A stretch of 64,000 bases of DNA, taken from positions 480,001 to 544,000 of the forward strand of contig OZ253545.1 of the NCBI GenBank assembly GCA_965262615.1, in the 5' to 3' direction. The first letter of the stretch is position 1; each line of letters begins with the position of its first letter. Below are positions 10,487-19,921 of this stretch, in pieces. The notes under the pieces are model-generated. The model was not told where the DNA came from. It was given only the letters and a program-made list of their open reading frames with translations, and ran no database searches. The position numbers and the translations under genes were made by a program. The stretch comes from Alphaproteobacteria bacterium. Its GTDB lineage: Bacteria > Pseudomonadota > Alphaproteobacteria > GM7ARS4 > G965262615.

Positions 10487-13400
10487 TCACCTCTTCAACA
10501 GATTTTTCGGCAGCGTGATGCGATCCGCCAGCATGAGGGCAGACGGCGTGACCACAAGGGTCAGAATGGTGGAGATGGTGAGTCCAAAGGCGATGGAGCT
10601 GGCAAGAGGCTGCCAAAATTGGGTTGAGGGCGCGCCTTGTGTGATTTGCATATTGATGAAATCCACATTGATACCCAGCACCAGTGGCAGCAATCCCAGC
10701 ACGGTGGTGACGGCTGTCAGCAGCACGGGGCGAATGCGCTGAATTCCCGTGCGAATGACGGCTTCGGCGGGGTCTTTGATGGTTTTTTTGAGTCGTCCCC
10801 AAGTGTCAATGAGGATGATGTTGTTATTGACCACAATGCCCGCCAGCGCAATGATGCCAATGCCGTTCATGATGATGCTAAAGGGCTGATAGGTGAGCAA
10901 AAGCCCCAGCATGACACCAACGGTGGAGACGATGACGGCACTGAGAGTGAGAAAGACACTGTAGAAGCGATTAAAGCGAGTGAGCAGTGTCAGGGCGATG
11001 AGAAACAGGGCGGCGAGCAGGGCTTTTTGCAAAAAAGCGGCGGCTTCGTTTTGTTTCTCGTCCTCCCCTTTGAAATCCACAAAGACTCCTGGCGGCGGAC
11101 GCTGTGTTGCCAGCCAGCTTTTGGTGGCGCGCACGATGTCATCGGCGAGCACTCCCTCGCCCTCACGCACATCGGCTTTGATGGTGACGGTGCGAATGCC
11201 ATCGGTGCGATGAATGGTGCCCACTTTGGGACGCGCCTGACGGGTCACAAAGGTGCTGATGGGAACTTGTCCCATAGAGGTATCCACATAGAGGCGGTCT
11301 ATTTCATCCAGTTGGCGCATATGGCGCGGCAGGCGCGCCACGATATCCACCTCTTCAAAGGAATCATTGGGGCGATAGTCACTGATTTTCAGCCCTCGTG
11401 TCACAAGACGCACCACCGAGCCAATGGATGCCACATCGGCAGCAAACTGCGAGGCTTTGGGGCGATCGATTTCCATCTCCCACGAGATGCCGGGGATGGA
11501 GACACCTTCTTCAATGTTGGTGAGATAGGCGGTGGATTTGATTTTGTCGGCAATCACCTGGGCGGCGGCATAGAGTCGTTCGGGCTCACGCGCTCCCACT
11601 TTGATTTGAATGTCTTTGCCCACGGGGGGGCCTCTTTTTTGTCTTTGCACCTCCACCACGACTCCGGGCATTGCGCTCAAGCGTTTTTCTGCTTCAGCCA
11701 GAATGACGCTTGCCAAGGGACGAGTCTGCCAATCGGCAAATTCCAGATAGATAGAGCCAATGATGTCTTCGGCTTTATCTCGTGAGTCGCCGCCTTTGCC
11801 GGTGCGGGTGTAGATGGTGTCAATGCCGCCGATATCATACACATGGGCTTCGGCTTCTTTCATGATGTCATCTTTTTCAAACACCGAGAGATTGCCGCGC
11901 GCATGCATCTGAATGACGGCAAAATCGGGGTCGGTTTGCGGAAAAAAGATGACCCCCCGTCCAAACATGCCATAAAGAATGACCGAAGCCACCAAAGCCA
12001 CAAAAGAGAGGATAATCACCAAAAGAGGTCTTTGAATGCACCGTTTCATGACGGCGACATATTTTTGTGCCAGAGGTGACATGTCCTTGAAGTCGCCCTT
12101 TTCCCCCGCTTTGAGAGTCGCCAGAGCCTGAGAACTGATGGGGCGCGGCTTGCCGATGTATGCTCCCAGTGTGGGCACAAAGAACAATGCCATCATAAGA
12201 GATGCGCTCAGCACGGCGATGAGTGTCAGTGGCAGATAATACATGAATTCGCCCGTGGTGCCGGGCCAAAACAACAAAGGCAAAAACGCCAGCAAGGTGG
12301 TGAGGGTGGCGGTGATGACCGATGGAGCCATGGCACTGGAGGCGCGTGCGTAGGCTTGTTTGCGCGCCACGCCTAAATTCATGAGACGATCGGCGTATTC
12401 CACCACCACGATGACACCATCCACCAGCATTCCCACCGTGAGAATGAGAGAAAACAACACGACAATATTGAGGGTCACGCCCGCCAGACCCAATGCCAGA
12501 ATGCCTGCGAGAAATGATCCGGGGATGGACAGGCAGACCAAGCTGGCAGAGCGTCCGCCGAGAATGAAAATAATCACCGCCACCACGATTAAAATCGCCA
12601 GCATGACGCTGTTTTCTAGGTCGCTCACCATGTCAATCACTCGTTTGGATTTGTTTTGGGTGTAGGTGATTTCTATGGATGGCGGGAAGTATTGTCTCTG
12701 CTGTTCCACAATCGCGCGCACATCCGCCACCGTTTTGATGATATTCTCGCCGGTGCGTTTGGATATCTCAAGAGCCACTGAGGTTTGTCCATTGATGCGA
12801 GCAAATCCTTGTCGGTCTTTGAAGGTGCTGCGAATCTCGGCGATGTCTCGCAGGGTGATGGTCTCGCCGCTTGCCAGACGGATGGGAAAATTGAGCAAAT
12901 CTTTGGCGGTATTGACGAGCCCTGGCACTTTAATGGCAAATGCGCCGTGTCCTGAATCCAGCTGACCACTGGCGACCAGAGCGTTATTGCGTCCCACGGC
13001 ACTGAGCACCTGTTGCGCCGTCAAGCCGTAGTATCGGATTTTAGCGGGATCAATGATGAGTTCCAATTGGCGTTCACGATCCCCTGCGATCTCAACTTTG
13101 AGCACTCGCGGCAGGGCGCGCAATCGCTGTTGCAGGTCGGTGGCGATGGTGGTGAGTGTGCGCTCGGGAACAGCCCCCGACAGAGTCACCACCAGAATGG
13201 GAAAGAGACTCAGATTGATCTCTCGCACACGGGGTTCATCGGCATCGCTGGGCAGTTCACTTTTGGCAATATCCACCTGTGCCCGCACATCCGACAGTGC
13301 TTGGTCCACATCAAACCCTGCGTCAAATTCCAGAATGATGTTGCCGCCATTCTCATAGGCGGTGGCGCGCATTTCTTCGACCCCATCAATGGAGCGCATG

Positions 13401-13612
13401 GCTTGTTCCATCGGACGAATGAGCAGTCGTTCGGAATCTTCGGGCGAGATGCCCTCATAGTGCATGGAGATGTAAATATTGGGGATGTTGATGTCCGGCT
13501 CGGCTTCACGAGGCACACTGTTGTAGGTGACGACTCCCGCCACAATGATAAAGAACAAAAATCCAAACACGGAGCGGGCATAGGTGATGGCGGTGCTGAC
13601 GATTGTTTCCAT
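10487..13612 (-). CDS. RND efflux transporter permease (AcrB/AcrD/AcrF family)
   Basis: 1041 aa with two periplasmic halves; GMLVDGVIVVVE, GIVVNNNIILID, RIRPVLLTAVTTVLGLLP. Confidence 0.93.
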   Translation of the reverse strand: METIVSTAITYARSVFGFLFFIIVAGVVTYNSVPREAEPDINIPNIYISMHYEGISPEDSERLLIRPMEQAMRSIDGVEEMRATAYENGGNIILEFDAGFDVDQALSDVRAQVDIAKSELPSDADEPRVREINLSLFPILVVTLSGAVPERTLTTIATDLQQRLRALPRVLKVEIAGDRERQLELIIDPAKIRYYGLTAQQVLSAVGRNNALVASGQLDSGHGAFAIKVPGLVNTAKDLLNFPIRLASGETITLRDIAEIRSTFKDRQGFARINGQTSVALEISKRTGENIIKTVADVRAIVEQQRQYFPPSIEITYTQNKSKRVIDMVSDLENSVMLAILIVVAVIIFILGGRSASLVCLSIPGSFLAGILALGLAGVTLNIVVLFSLILTVGMLVDGVIVVVEYADRLMNLGVARKQAYARASSAMAPSVITATLTTLLAFLPLLFWPGTTGEFMYYLPLTLIAVLSASLMMALFFVPTLGAYIGKPRPISSQALATLKAGEKGDFKDMSPLAQKYVAVMKRCIQRPLLVIILSFVALVASVILYGMFGRGVIFFPQTDPDFAVIQMHARGNLSVFEKDDIMKEAEAHVYDIGGIDTIYTRTGKGGDSRDKAEDIIGSIYLEFADWQTRPLASVILAEAEKRLSAMPGVVVEVQRQKRGPPVGKDIQIKVGAREPERLYAAAQVIADKIKSTAYLTNIEEGVSIPGISWEMEIDRPKASQFAADVASIGSVVRLVTRGLKISDYRPNDSFEEVDIVARLPRHMRQLDEIDRLYVDTSMGQVPISTFVTRQARPKVGTIHRTDGIRTVTIKADVREGEGVLADDIVRATKSWLATQRPPPGVFVDFKGEDEKQNEAAAFLQKALLAALFLIALTLLTRFNRFYSVFLTLSAVIVSTVGVMLGLLLTYQPFSIIMNGIGIIALAGIVVNNNIILIDTWGRLKKTIKDPAEAVIRTGIQRIRPVLLTAVTTVLGLLPLVLGINVDFINMQITQGAPSTQFWQPLASSIAFGLTISTILTLVVTPSALMLADRITLPKNLLKR

Positions 13613-13615
13613 TGT

Positions 13616-14740
13616 TCAAAAAGCCACCGTGTCGGTGTTTTGTGTTTCATGAGGGGTGACGATTGCGCCATCAAGGATAAAACCCTGTCCGCGGGTGATG
13701 ATGGTGCTGCGTTGCGGCAAGCCGGTAATCCAGATGCCATCGGCATCTTCCCCCACGGCGGTGACGGTGATAAAGCGGGCAATGTTGCCTTCATCCATGA
13801 TTTTAACGCCCAGTCGTCCGTCATCATCCAAGCTGAGCAAAGAGGAATGGATGCGATGGGCGAGGATGGGTTGGCGTTGCACAATGAGTTCCACCGAAAA
13901 ACCACTGGGAATGTTGGCATCGTCATTGGGGGTTTGTGCCTCAATGCGAAAAGTGCGGGCGTTGGTGGTGGTCGCGGGAGCTTTATAGGTGACGGTGGCA
14001 TCCACCATCTGTCCGTTGGTGAGGCGAATGTGTGCTTTTTGTCCTTTGGCGATGAACGGCATGTCTTTTTCGCTGGCATCGGCTTGAACGATCAACGGCG
14101 TGAGCGACACCATGCTGACAATGACATCTCCCGAGCGCATGAATTGTCCCTCATCCGCCTGATGATTAAAGATGATGCCATCAAAGGGGGCGGCGATGGT
14201 TCGTTTCTCCAGTTGGTTGAGGATGGTCTGCACGCGAGCGTAGGCGGTGGCATGGGCGGCGGTGGCGCGTTGTTTTTCAATGGCACTGCGATGACCCTTG
14301 AGAGACAATGATTCTGCCGCTTTCAATTCGGATGTGCGTTGTTCCAGCAGAGCTTGAGCCTCCAGCAATTGGGCTTGTTTGTCCTCTGGGTCTAATTGGG
14401 CGATGATGTCGCCTTTGTTGGCAAAGCTGCCGTCACTGAATGGGCGTTTGATCAAGATGGCATCACTGGCGGCGCGAATGGTGACTTCTTTGTTGCCACT
14501 GGTGACGCCGCGCAAGACCACGACGGGCGTGTAGGAGTGTGCTTGGGATTGCGTCACCTCCACCGCAAAAGGCGGCATGGTGGGGGCGGAGGGTGGCGGT
14601 GATGATGGTGACAAAACCACCACCACGATAACCAGCACGGCGACTGCCACCAACGCGAGACGCCATTTACGATGTGGGGTGCGCATAGAATTCATGATAG
14701 CGTTGCCGAATTTCTTTGCTGTGTTGGGTTTTTTGGTCAT
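13616..14740 (-). CDS. RND periplasmic adaptor (membrane fusion protein)
   Basis: N-terminal anchor, coiled hairpin, IAAPFDG motif; directly upstream of the RND permease; start uncertain. Confidence 0.88.
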   Translation of the reverse strand: MTKKPNTAKKFGNAIMNSMRTPHRKWRLALVAVAVLVIVVVVLSPSSPPPSAPTMPPFAVEVTQSQAHSYTPVVVLRGVTSGNKEVTIRAASDAILIKRPFSDGSFANKGDIIAQLDPEDKQAQLLEAQALLEQRTSELKAAESLSLKGHRSAIEKQRATAAHATAYARVQTILNQLEKRTIAAPFDGIIFNHQADEGQFMRSGDVIVSMVSLTPLIVQADASEKDMPFIAKGQKAHIRLTNGQMVDATVTYKAPATTTNARTFRIEAQTPNDDANIPSGFSVELIVQRQPILAHRIHSSLLSLDDDGRLGVKIMDEGNIARFITVTAVGEDADGIWITGLPQRSTIITRGQGFILDGAIVTPHETQNTDTVAF

Positions 14741-15365
14741 GAATGATGCCTGTGGGGTTGCCTCCGAAAAGGATGACGCGCTGTCCCAAAAGAAGAGCTT
14801 CCTCCAATTGATGGGTGACGAATACTATTGTTGTATTATTTTTTTGCCATAAGGCAAGAGTGAGTTCTTGCAGTTGGCGCGCCATGGCGGCATCAAGGGA
14901 TGTGAAGGGTTCGTCCATGAGAAGCAGGGAGGGCTGATTGAAAAAGGCTCGTGCCAGAGCCACCCGCCGTTGCTGTCCGCCTGAGAGTTGATGAGGGTAG
15001 TGGGAGGCTTTGTCTTCAAGTCCCACATGGACGAGCCAACGGTGTGCCTCTTGAATGTGGTGAGGCGATGGGGAAGTGTTTTGCACCAGCAAAATATTAC
15101 CGATGGCGGTGAGCCACGGCATGAGACGCGGCTCTTGAAAAACATAGCCGATGCGGTGTTGTGAAGGGATGTCATGAGAGATGAAGTCATCGGGCTGGGT
15201 GATTCCCGCAAGAATATTCAACAAGGTGGATTTGCCGCAACCAGATGGACCCAGCACACACAGAAATTCACCGCTTGCCACCGACAGCTGCAGGGGGGCG
15301 AGGATTTGTTCGCCACTGACAAAACTTTTGCCAGAGATGTGAAGAGACACGCTCACTTGCGCCAC
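14667..15365 (-). CDS. ABC transporter ATP-binding protein (TauB/SsuB-like)
   Basis: GPSGCGKST, LSGGQQRR, LLLMDEPF, FVTH. Confidence 0.93.
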   Translation of the reverse strand: MAQVSVSLHISGKSFVSGEQILAPLQLSVASGEFLCVLGPSGCGKSTLLNILAGITQPDDFISHDIPSQHRIGYVFQEPRLMPWLTAIGNILLVQNTSPSPHHIQEAHRWLVHVGLEDKASHYPHQLSGGQQRRVALARAFFNQPSLLLMDEPFTSLDAAMARQLQELTLALWQKNNTTIVFVTHQLEEALLLGQRVILFGGNPTGIIHDQKTQHSKEIRQRYHEFYAHPTS

Positions 15366-16093
15366 CGATTGATATGACTTTCCAGAGGACGCAATAAAAA
15401 CGCCTCAATGAGAATGATGACAAAGATGAAGGCAAAGCTGTAGGCGAGGATGGCGGCGATATCAAAGAATTGAAAAAAATGATGCAATTGAAAGCCGATG
15501 CCATCGCTGCGTCCCAGCAGTTCCACCACCAGAACAATTTTCCAGATGAGGGAGAGTCCCGAGCGCGCCGCCGCCATCATGTAGGGATACAGTTGCGGCA
15601 GAATAATCAAACGCAAAATACGCACCGAAGACAAGCGATAGACAGCTCCCACCTCTAACAGGTCTTTGTTGAGGGCGCGCGCTCCCTCACGCAGATTAAT
15701 CACCACGAGGGGAATTTTATTGATGGCGACCGCAAGGATGGCGGCACTGTCATTGAGTCCCACCCAAATATAACACAGAATGATGGTGACAAGAGCGGGC
15801 ATATTGAGTGCCAAGATGAGGAGGTCATCAAAGGTGGAGTTGATGATGGTGTTGCGTCCCATGATGATGCCGATGGCACTGCCCACCGACATGGCGATGA
15901 TAAAGGATATGACGACTCGTCCCATGGTGACAAGGCTATGATGGATGAGTTCGCCATGGACGGTGTGCTGGATGATGGCGTGCATGACGGTGGCGGGCGA
16001 GGGGAGGATATCGTCATTAATCCACAGGGCGGCACTCCACCACAGCAGCATAAAGCTGCCGAATCCCAGGATGCGCCAGAGGGTGCTGGTCAT
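15353..16093 (-). CDS. ABC transporter permease (TauC/SsuC-like)
   Basis: ILPSP, LPQLYPY, WKIVLVVELLG..GIG; hydrophobic. Confidence 0.9.
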   Translation of the reverse strand: MTSTLWRILGFGSFMLLWWSAALWINDDILPSPATVMHAIIQHTVHGELIHHSLVTMGRVVISFIIAMSVGSAIGIIMGRNTIINSTFDDLLILALNMPALVTIILCYIWVGLNDSAAILAVAINKIPLVVINLREGARALNKDLLEVGAVYRLSSVRILRLIILPQLYPYMMAAARSGLSLIWKIVLVVELLGRSDGIGFQLHHFFQFFDIAAILAYSFAFIFVIILIEAFLLRPLESHINRWRK

Positions 16094-17079
16094 GGTTGTG
16101 GTTGCGAGGGATTCCAGAGGATGGATGGCGGAATTTCATGAGCATCGCCGACCAGTTCTGTGCCGCCCACTTGTTTGAGAATGGAGAAGAGTTGTTGCAT
16201 GGCGGGGAAGGCTTCGTGGAGGGTGAAATTGGGGATGCCCTCAATGTAGCCTTGTTTGAGTTGTTGCAGGGCGGGACGGTCTTGTGACGGCATGATGGTG
16301 GCGAGGCGTTGCCATTCGGCATCGGAGCTGTGCATGATGGCATTGGCACGCTGGCTGGCATTGATGAACGCGGCAACACGCTCGGGGTAACGCTGTGCCC
16401 ATTCCTTGCTAAAAATCCAGCCATTGATGGGAACCGGATGAGAAATACCCAACGCTTGAATCATTTCAGGAACAGAACTGATCACGGTGTGATTATGAAA
16501 GCGCAAGCGCGCCTGATAGTGCCAGAAGGTGAGGACGGCATCCAGCTTGTCTTTTTTCAGCAGTTGGCTCAGCAGTGGCGGTGCGCCGTAGGTGATGGTG
16601 TTGTCATCGGCGGGGTCGCGCTGCTGTGTTTTGAGCAGGAAGGCGCGCGTGATGAGCCAGCTTTTGTCTATTTTGCCTCCCGCGACTCCGATGGTGCGTC
16701 CTGTGAGATCTGAGAGAGAGGTGATGGGGCTATTGTGGGCAAGCAAAATGCCCCCCGCCGCTTGAGAATAGGGAACGAAGAGATAGTCCTTGCCTTTGGT
16801 GTTTTGGCGAATGACCCAAAACCAGTCACCCACAATGATATCCACGCTGCCCCCTTGAAGGGCAACCGCCGCCGCATTCTTGCTGGCAAGAGGAATGACG
16901 CTGAGCTGAAAATTATTTTCCGTATCCAGCTGATGATGCTTCATGACATTGAGATGCCAATTGACAGTGCCAAAGCGCAATGCCCCCACACGAATTGTGT
17001 CATTGGCATGAAGGCTGGAGCTGAACAGCACCAGCACAAAGAGTACAAAGGGAAGAATTTTTATTCGCAACATGGCCAT
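16090..17079 (-). CDS. ABC transporter substrate-binding protein (NMT1/TauA-like)
   Basis: Signal peptide; IRVGxLxFGTVNW and DKSW motifs; operon with permease and ATPase. Confidence 0.85.
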   Translation of the reverse strand: MAMLRIKILPFVLFVLVLFSSSLHANDTIRVGALRFGTVNWHLNVMKHHQLDTENNFQLSVIPLASKNAAAVALQGGSVDIIVGDWFWVIRQNTKGKDYLFVPYSQAAGGILLAHNSPITSLSDLTGRTIGVAGGKIDKSWLITRAFLLKTQQRDPADDNTITYGAPPLLSQLLKKDKLDAVLTFWHYQARLRFHNHTVISSVPEMIQALGISHPVPINGWIFSKEWAQRYPERVAAFINASQRANAIMHSSDAEWQRLATIMPSQDRPALQQLKQGYIEGIPNFTLHEAFPAMQQLFSILKQVGGTELVGDAHEIPPSILWNPSQPQP

Positions 17080-17122
17080 GAGATGTTAGAATTATTTGAT
17101 GAATGGTGCTTTAATGGCAGGG

Positions 17123-17380
17123 ATGACTGTAATGGAAAATGAAAATAATTGCCAATCGTTAGATATGCGGGGTTTGCGATGTCCGTTGCCAGTGCTCAAA
17201 GCTCACAAGGCATTGCGGAGTTTGGCGGCGGGCACACTGGTGGTGGTGCTGACTGACGATGAGGGCGCACCGAAGGATTTTCGTGATTATTGCCAGACGG
17301 CGGGGCATGAATGGGTGTCATCGTCTTATGATGAGACAGACAGCGCGTGGCATGTGACCATTCGCCGCAAGGGAGATTGA
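17123..17380 (+). CDS. TusA/SirA family sulfurtransferase
   Basis: LDMRGLRCPLPVLK, DDxxAxxDF; start uncertain (17123 or 17132). Confidence 0.88.
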   Translation: MTVMENENNCQSLDMRGLRCPLPVLKAHKALRSLAAGTLVVVLTDDEGAPKDFRDYCQTAGHEWVSSSYDETDSAWHVTIRRKGD

Positions 17381-17385
17381 GAACG

Positions 17386-18429
17386 ATGGGCTCATTGCGT
17401 TACGGCTGGACGACAGGAGCGTGTGCCACGGCGGCGACGGTGGCGGCGTGTCGGGTGTTGATGGGAGGCGTTGCGCCGTCACAGGTGACGATTCCGCTCA
17501 AACGGCGTGTCCTCACACAAGGGGTGTTTGTGATTCATGACTGGGGCTGGCAGGAAAACGGAGCATTTGCCTCGGTGATTAAGGATGCGGGCGATGACCC
17601 CGATGTCACCGATGGGGCGAAAGTGAGCGTGTTGGTGCGGCGCGGCGCGGCGGGGTCGGGCATTGTGTTCAAGGCGGGAGAGGGTGTGGGAACGGTCACC
17701 AAACCGGGGCTCGCGTTGGCGGTGGGAGAGGCGGCAATCAATGATGCGCCGCGCCGCATGATGACCGATGCCATCAAAAAAGAAATGAGACAAAATGATG
17801 TGTGCGTGACCGTGAGTGTTGCCGATGGCGAGCGGCTCGCTCAGCGCACCATGAATGCACAGCTGGGCATTGTGGGGGGACTGTCTATTTTGGGGACGAG
17901 TGGCATTGTGGTGCCGTTTTCGTGTGCGGCGTGGGTGGCGTCTTTGCATCAGGCGGTGGATGTGGCACTGGCGGTGGGGCATCGCCATTTGGGTGCAAGT
18001 GTGGGAACGACCTCGCGCCGTTTGTTGCAAAAAAATACATCCCTTGCCGATGATGCCATCATTGATATGGGGGATTTTATCGGCGCGTTGGTCAAATATG
18101 TTAAAAAACAAGAAGGGATACAATCTTTCACCATCGCGGGGGGATTTGCCAAAATGGCGAAATGGGCTGATGGCGCACAAGACTTGCATCATAAAAAATC
18201 TTCGGTGTCTTTGGATTCTCTGGCGCAATGGGTGATGGCAATGGGCGCGCCGCCTGCTGTGGCACAGGCGGTGCGGGAGAGTCATTCGGCGCGCGATGCA
18301 CGCGCCATTGCCCACAAGCACGGATGGAATCTCGCCCATGAGGTTGCCCGCAGAGGCGAGGCTCGCTTGCAAGAGATGCTGCCTCACACACGCTGCCGCA
18401 TCATGATTGATGGGGTCGGTGATGAATGA
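17386..18429 (+). CDS. cbiD: cobalt-precorrin-5B C1-methyltransferase
   Basis: LRYGWTTGACATAA, KDAGDDPDVT, GVGTVTKPGL, GGLSILGTSGIV, DMGDF. Confidence 0.95.
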   Translation: MGSLRYGWTTGACATAATVAACRVLMGGVAPSQVTIPLKRRVLTQGVFVIHDWGWQENGAFASVIKDAGDDPDVTDGAKVSVLVRRGAAGSGIVFKAGEGVGTVTKPGLALAVGEAAINDAPRRMMTDAIKKEMRQNDVCVTVSVADGERLAQRTMNAQLGIVGGLSILGTSGIVVPFSCAAWVASLHQAVDVALAVGHRHLGASVGTTSRRLLQKNTSLADDAIIDMGDFIGALVKYVKKQEGIQSFTIAGGFAKMAKWADGAQDLHHKKSSVSLDSLAQWVMAMGAPPAVAQAVRESHSARDARAIAHKHGWNLAHEVARRGEARLQEMLPHTRCRIMIDGVGDE

Positions 18430-19237
18430 CTCACGGCGATCGCTGCTGATTGTGGGGGGCACGAGCGAGGCGATGGCGGTGGCGCGTGTGCTTAAAGATG
18501 AGGCGCGAGTGACCATGTCTCTGGTGGGCATGACGCAGGCGCGTCTGCCAGATGGGGTGGATTTGCATCGGGGGGGATTTGGTGGAGTGGGCGGTCTTGA
18601 GGCGTATGTGCGTGGCAAAGGGGTGGAGGCGATTGTGGATGGCAGTCATCCGTTTGCCACCACCATGCGCGCATCTGTGACAGCGGTGGCACAAAAACTT
18701 GATGTGCCGCGCATCGCGCTGGTGCGAACATGGCACAAGAAAAGCGATGACCAATGGGTGACATGTTCGTCTCGTGAAGAAGCAATCGCAGGAGTGAGCC
18801 AATACATGAAGCATTTGCGAGGGCGTGTTTTTTTGAGCGTTGGCGGGCGCGGCGCATTGGCGTGGCGCGATGATTTGGCGGATGTGCCTGTGGTGGTGCG
18901 AACGATGGGCATTGCGCCGCCGCCGTCTGTGCCACCTTCATGGCGATGGCTATCGGCTGCGCCTGCCGATGAAGAATCGGAGGTGGCATTTTTCAAAGAG
19001 CATGATATTGACCTGGTGGTGAGCCGTCACAGTGGCGGGGTGCGATCCTACGGCAAGATTGCGGCGGCACGGCGATTGGCAATCACGGTGGTGATGCTGG
19101 ATGCGCCGCCGCCGCCACCGCCTCCGCTTTTTTCTCATGCCAATGAGGCGGTGCGGTGGTATCGGTCATTGAGGGCGAAAGATGTGGCGATGGGCGGGGT
19201 CATACAGCGCGCTGTTGGATGCGGGGGCATCGGATAG
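18422..19237 (+). CDS. cobK: precorrin-6A/cobalt-precorrin-6A reductase (CobK/CbiJ)
   Basis: LIVGGTSEA, GGFGGVGGL, VDGSHPFA, SGG...KIAAARRL. Confidence 0.9.
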   Translation: MNDSRRSLLIVGGTSEAMAVARVLKDEARVTMSLVGMTQARLPDGVDLHRGGFGGVGGLEAYVRGKGVEAIVDGSHPFATTMRASVTAVAQKLDVPRIALVRTWHKKSDDQWVTCSSREEAIAGVSQYMKHLRGRVFLSVGGRGALAWRDDLADVPVVVRTMGIAPPPSVPPSWRWLSAAPADEESEVAFFKEHDIDLVVSRHSGGVRSYGKIAAARRLAITVVMLDAPPPPPPPLFSHANEAVRWYRSLRAKDVAMGGVIQRAVGCGGIG

Positions 19238-19921
19238 AACCGGTGACACAATAATCAAAGCGGTGCGGGTGATTTTATGCTGCCGCACCAGAGCGGCGAT
19301 GTCTTTGAGGGGGCTTTGCAAAATGAGTTCATCCTCGCGACTGGCATGATAGATGACGGCACATGGGGCATCATCGCCATAGAAGGGAGTCAGGTCGCGC
19401 ACGATGGTTTTGATGCGGCGAATGGAGAGATGAATGACTAAGCTCGCGCGACTGTGAGCAAAATGAGCCAACGATTCGCGCGGCGGCATGGCAGATGCCG
19501 AGCCGTCCGTGCGGGTGAGAATGACACTCTGGGTGACATGCGGTGCGGTGAGTTCTTTTTTCAAACTGGCAGCGGCAGCGGCGAAGGCGGGCACACCGGG
19601 GATAATCTCGTAGGGAATGGAACGGGAATCCAACGCCGCCATTTGTTCGCCAATCGCGCCATAGATGGAGCAATCGCCCGAATGAAGGCGCACGATTTTT
19701 TTGCCATCCTTGTGATATTGCTCCATGCGTTCAATGATGGCGGGCAGGGTGAGGGATGCGGTGTCAATGGCTTGGGCATGGGGTGGTAGGTATTGCAGCA
19801 TGGCATCCGGCACGAGGGAGCCGGCATAGAGACAGCAATCGCACTGTTGCATGACCTCATAGCCTTTGAGGGTGAGCAGTTTTGCGTCCCCTGGACCTGC
19901 GCCAATGAATGTGACGCTCAT
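19166..19921 (-). CDS. cobM: precorrin-4 C11-methyltransferase (CobM/CbiF)
   Basis: FIGAGPGD, YAGSLVP, RLHSGD.SIYGAIGEQ, QSVILTR. Confidence 0.95.
   Translation of the reverse strand: MSVTFIGAGPGDAKLLTLKGYEVMQQCDCCLYAGSLVPDAMLQYLPPHAQAIDTASLTLPAIIERMEQYHKDGKKIVRLHSGDCSIYGAIGEQMAALDSRSIPYEIIPGVPAFAAAAASLKKELTAPHVTQSVILTRTDGSASAMPPRESLAHFAHSRASLVIHLSIRRIKTIVRDLTPFYGDDAPCAVIYHASREDELILQSPLKDIAALVRQHKITRTALIIVSPVLSDAPASNSALYDPAHRHIFRPQ

Noticed and set aside
10637-14311. Long antisense ORFs (382 and 432 aa) and similar ones opposite nuoM, cbiD, the deacetylase and tkt
   Set aside because: Shadow frames of well-supported genes with no motifs of their own
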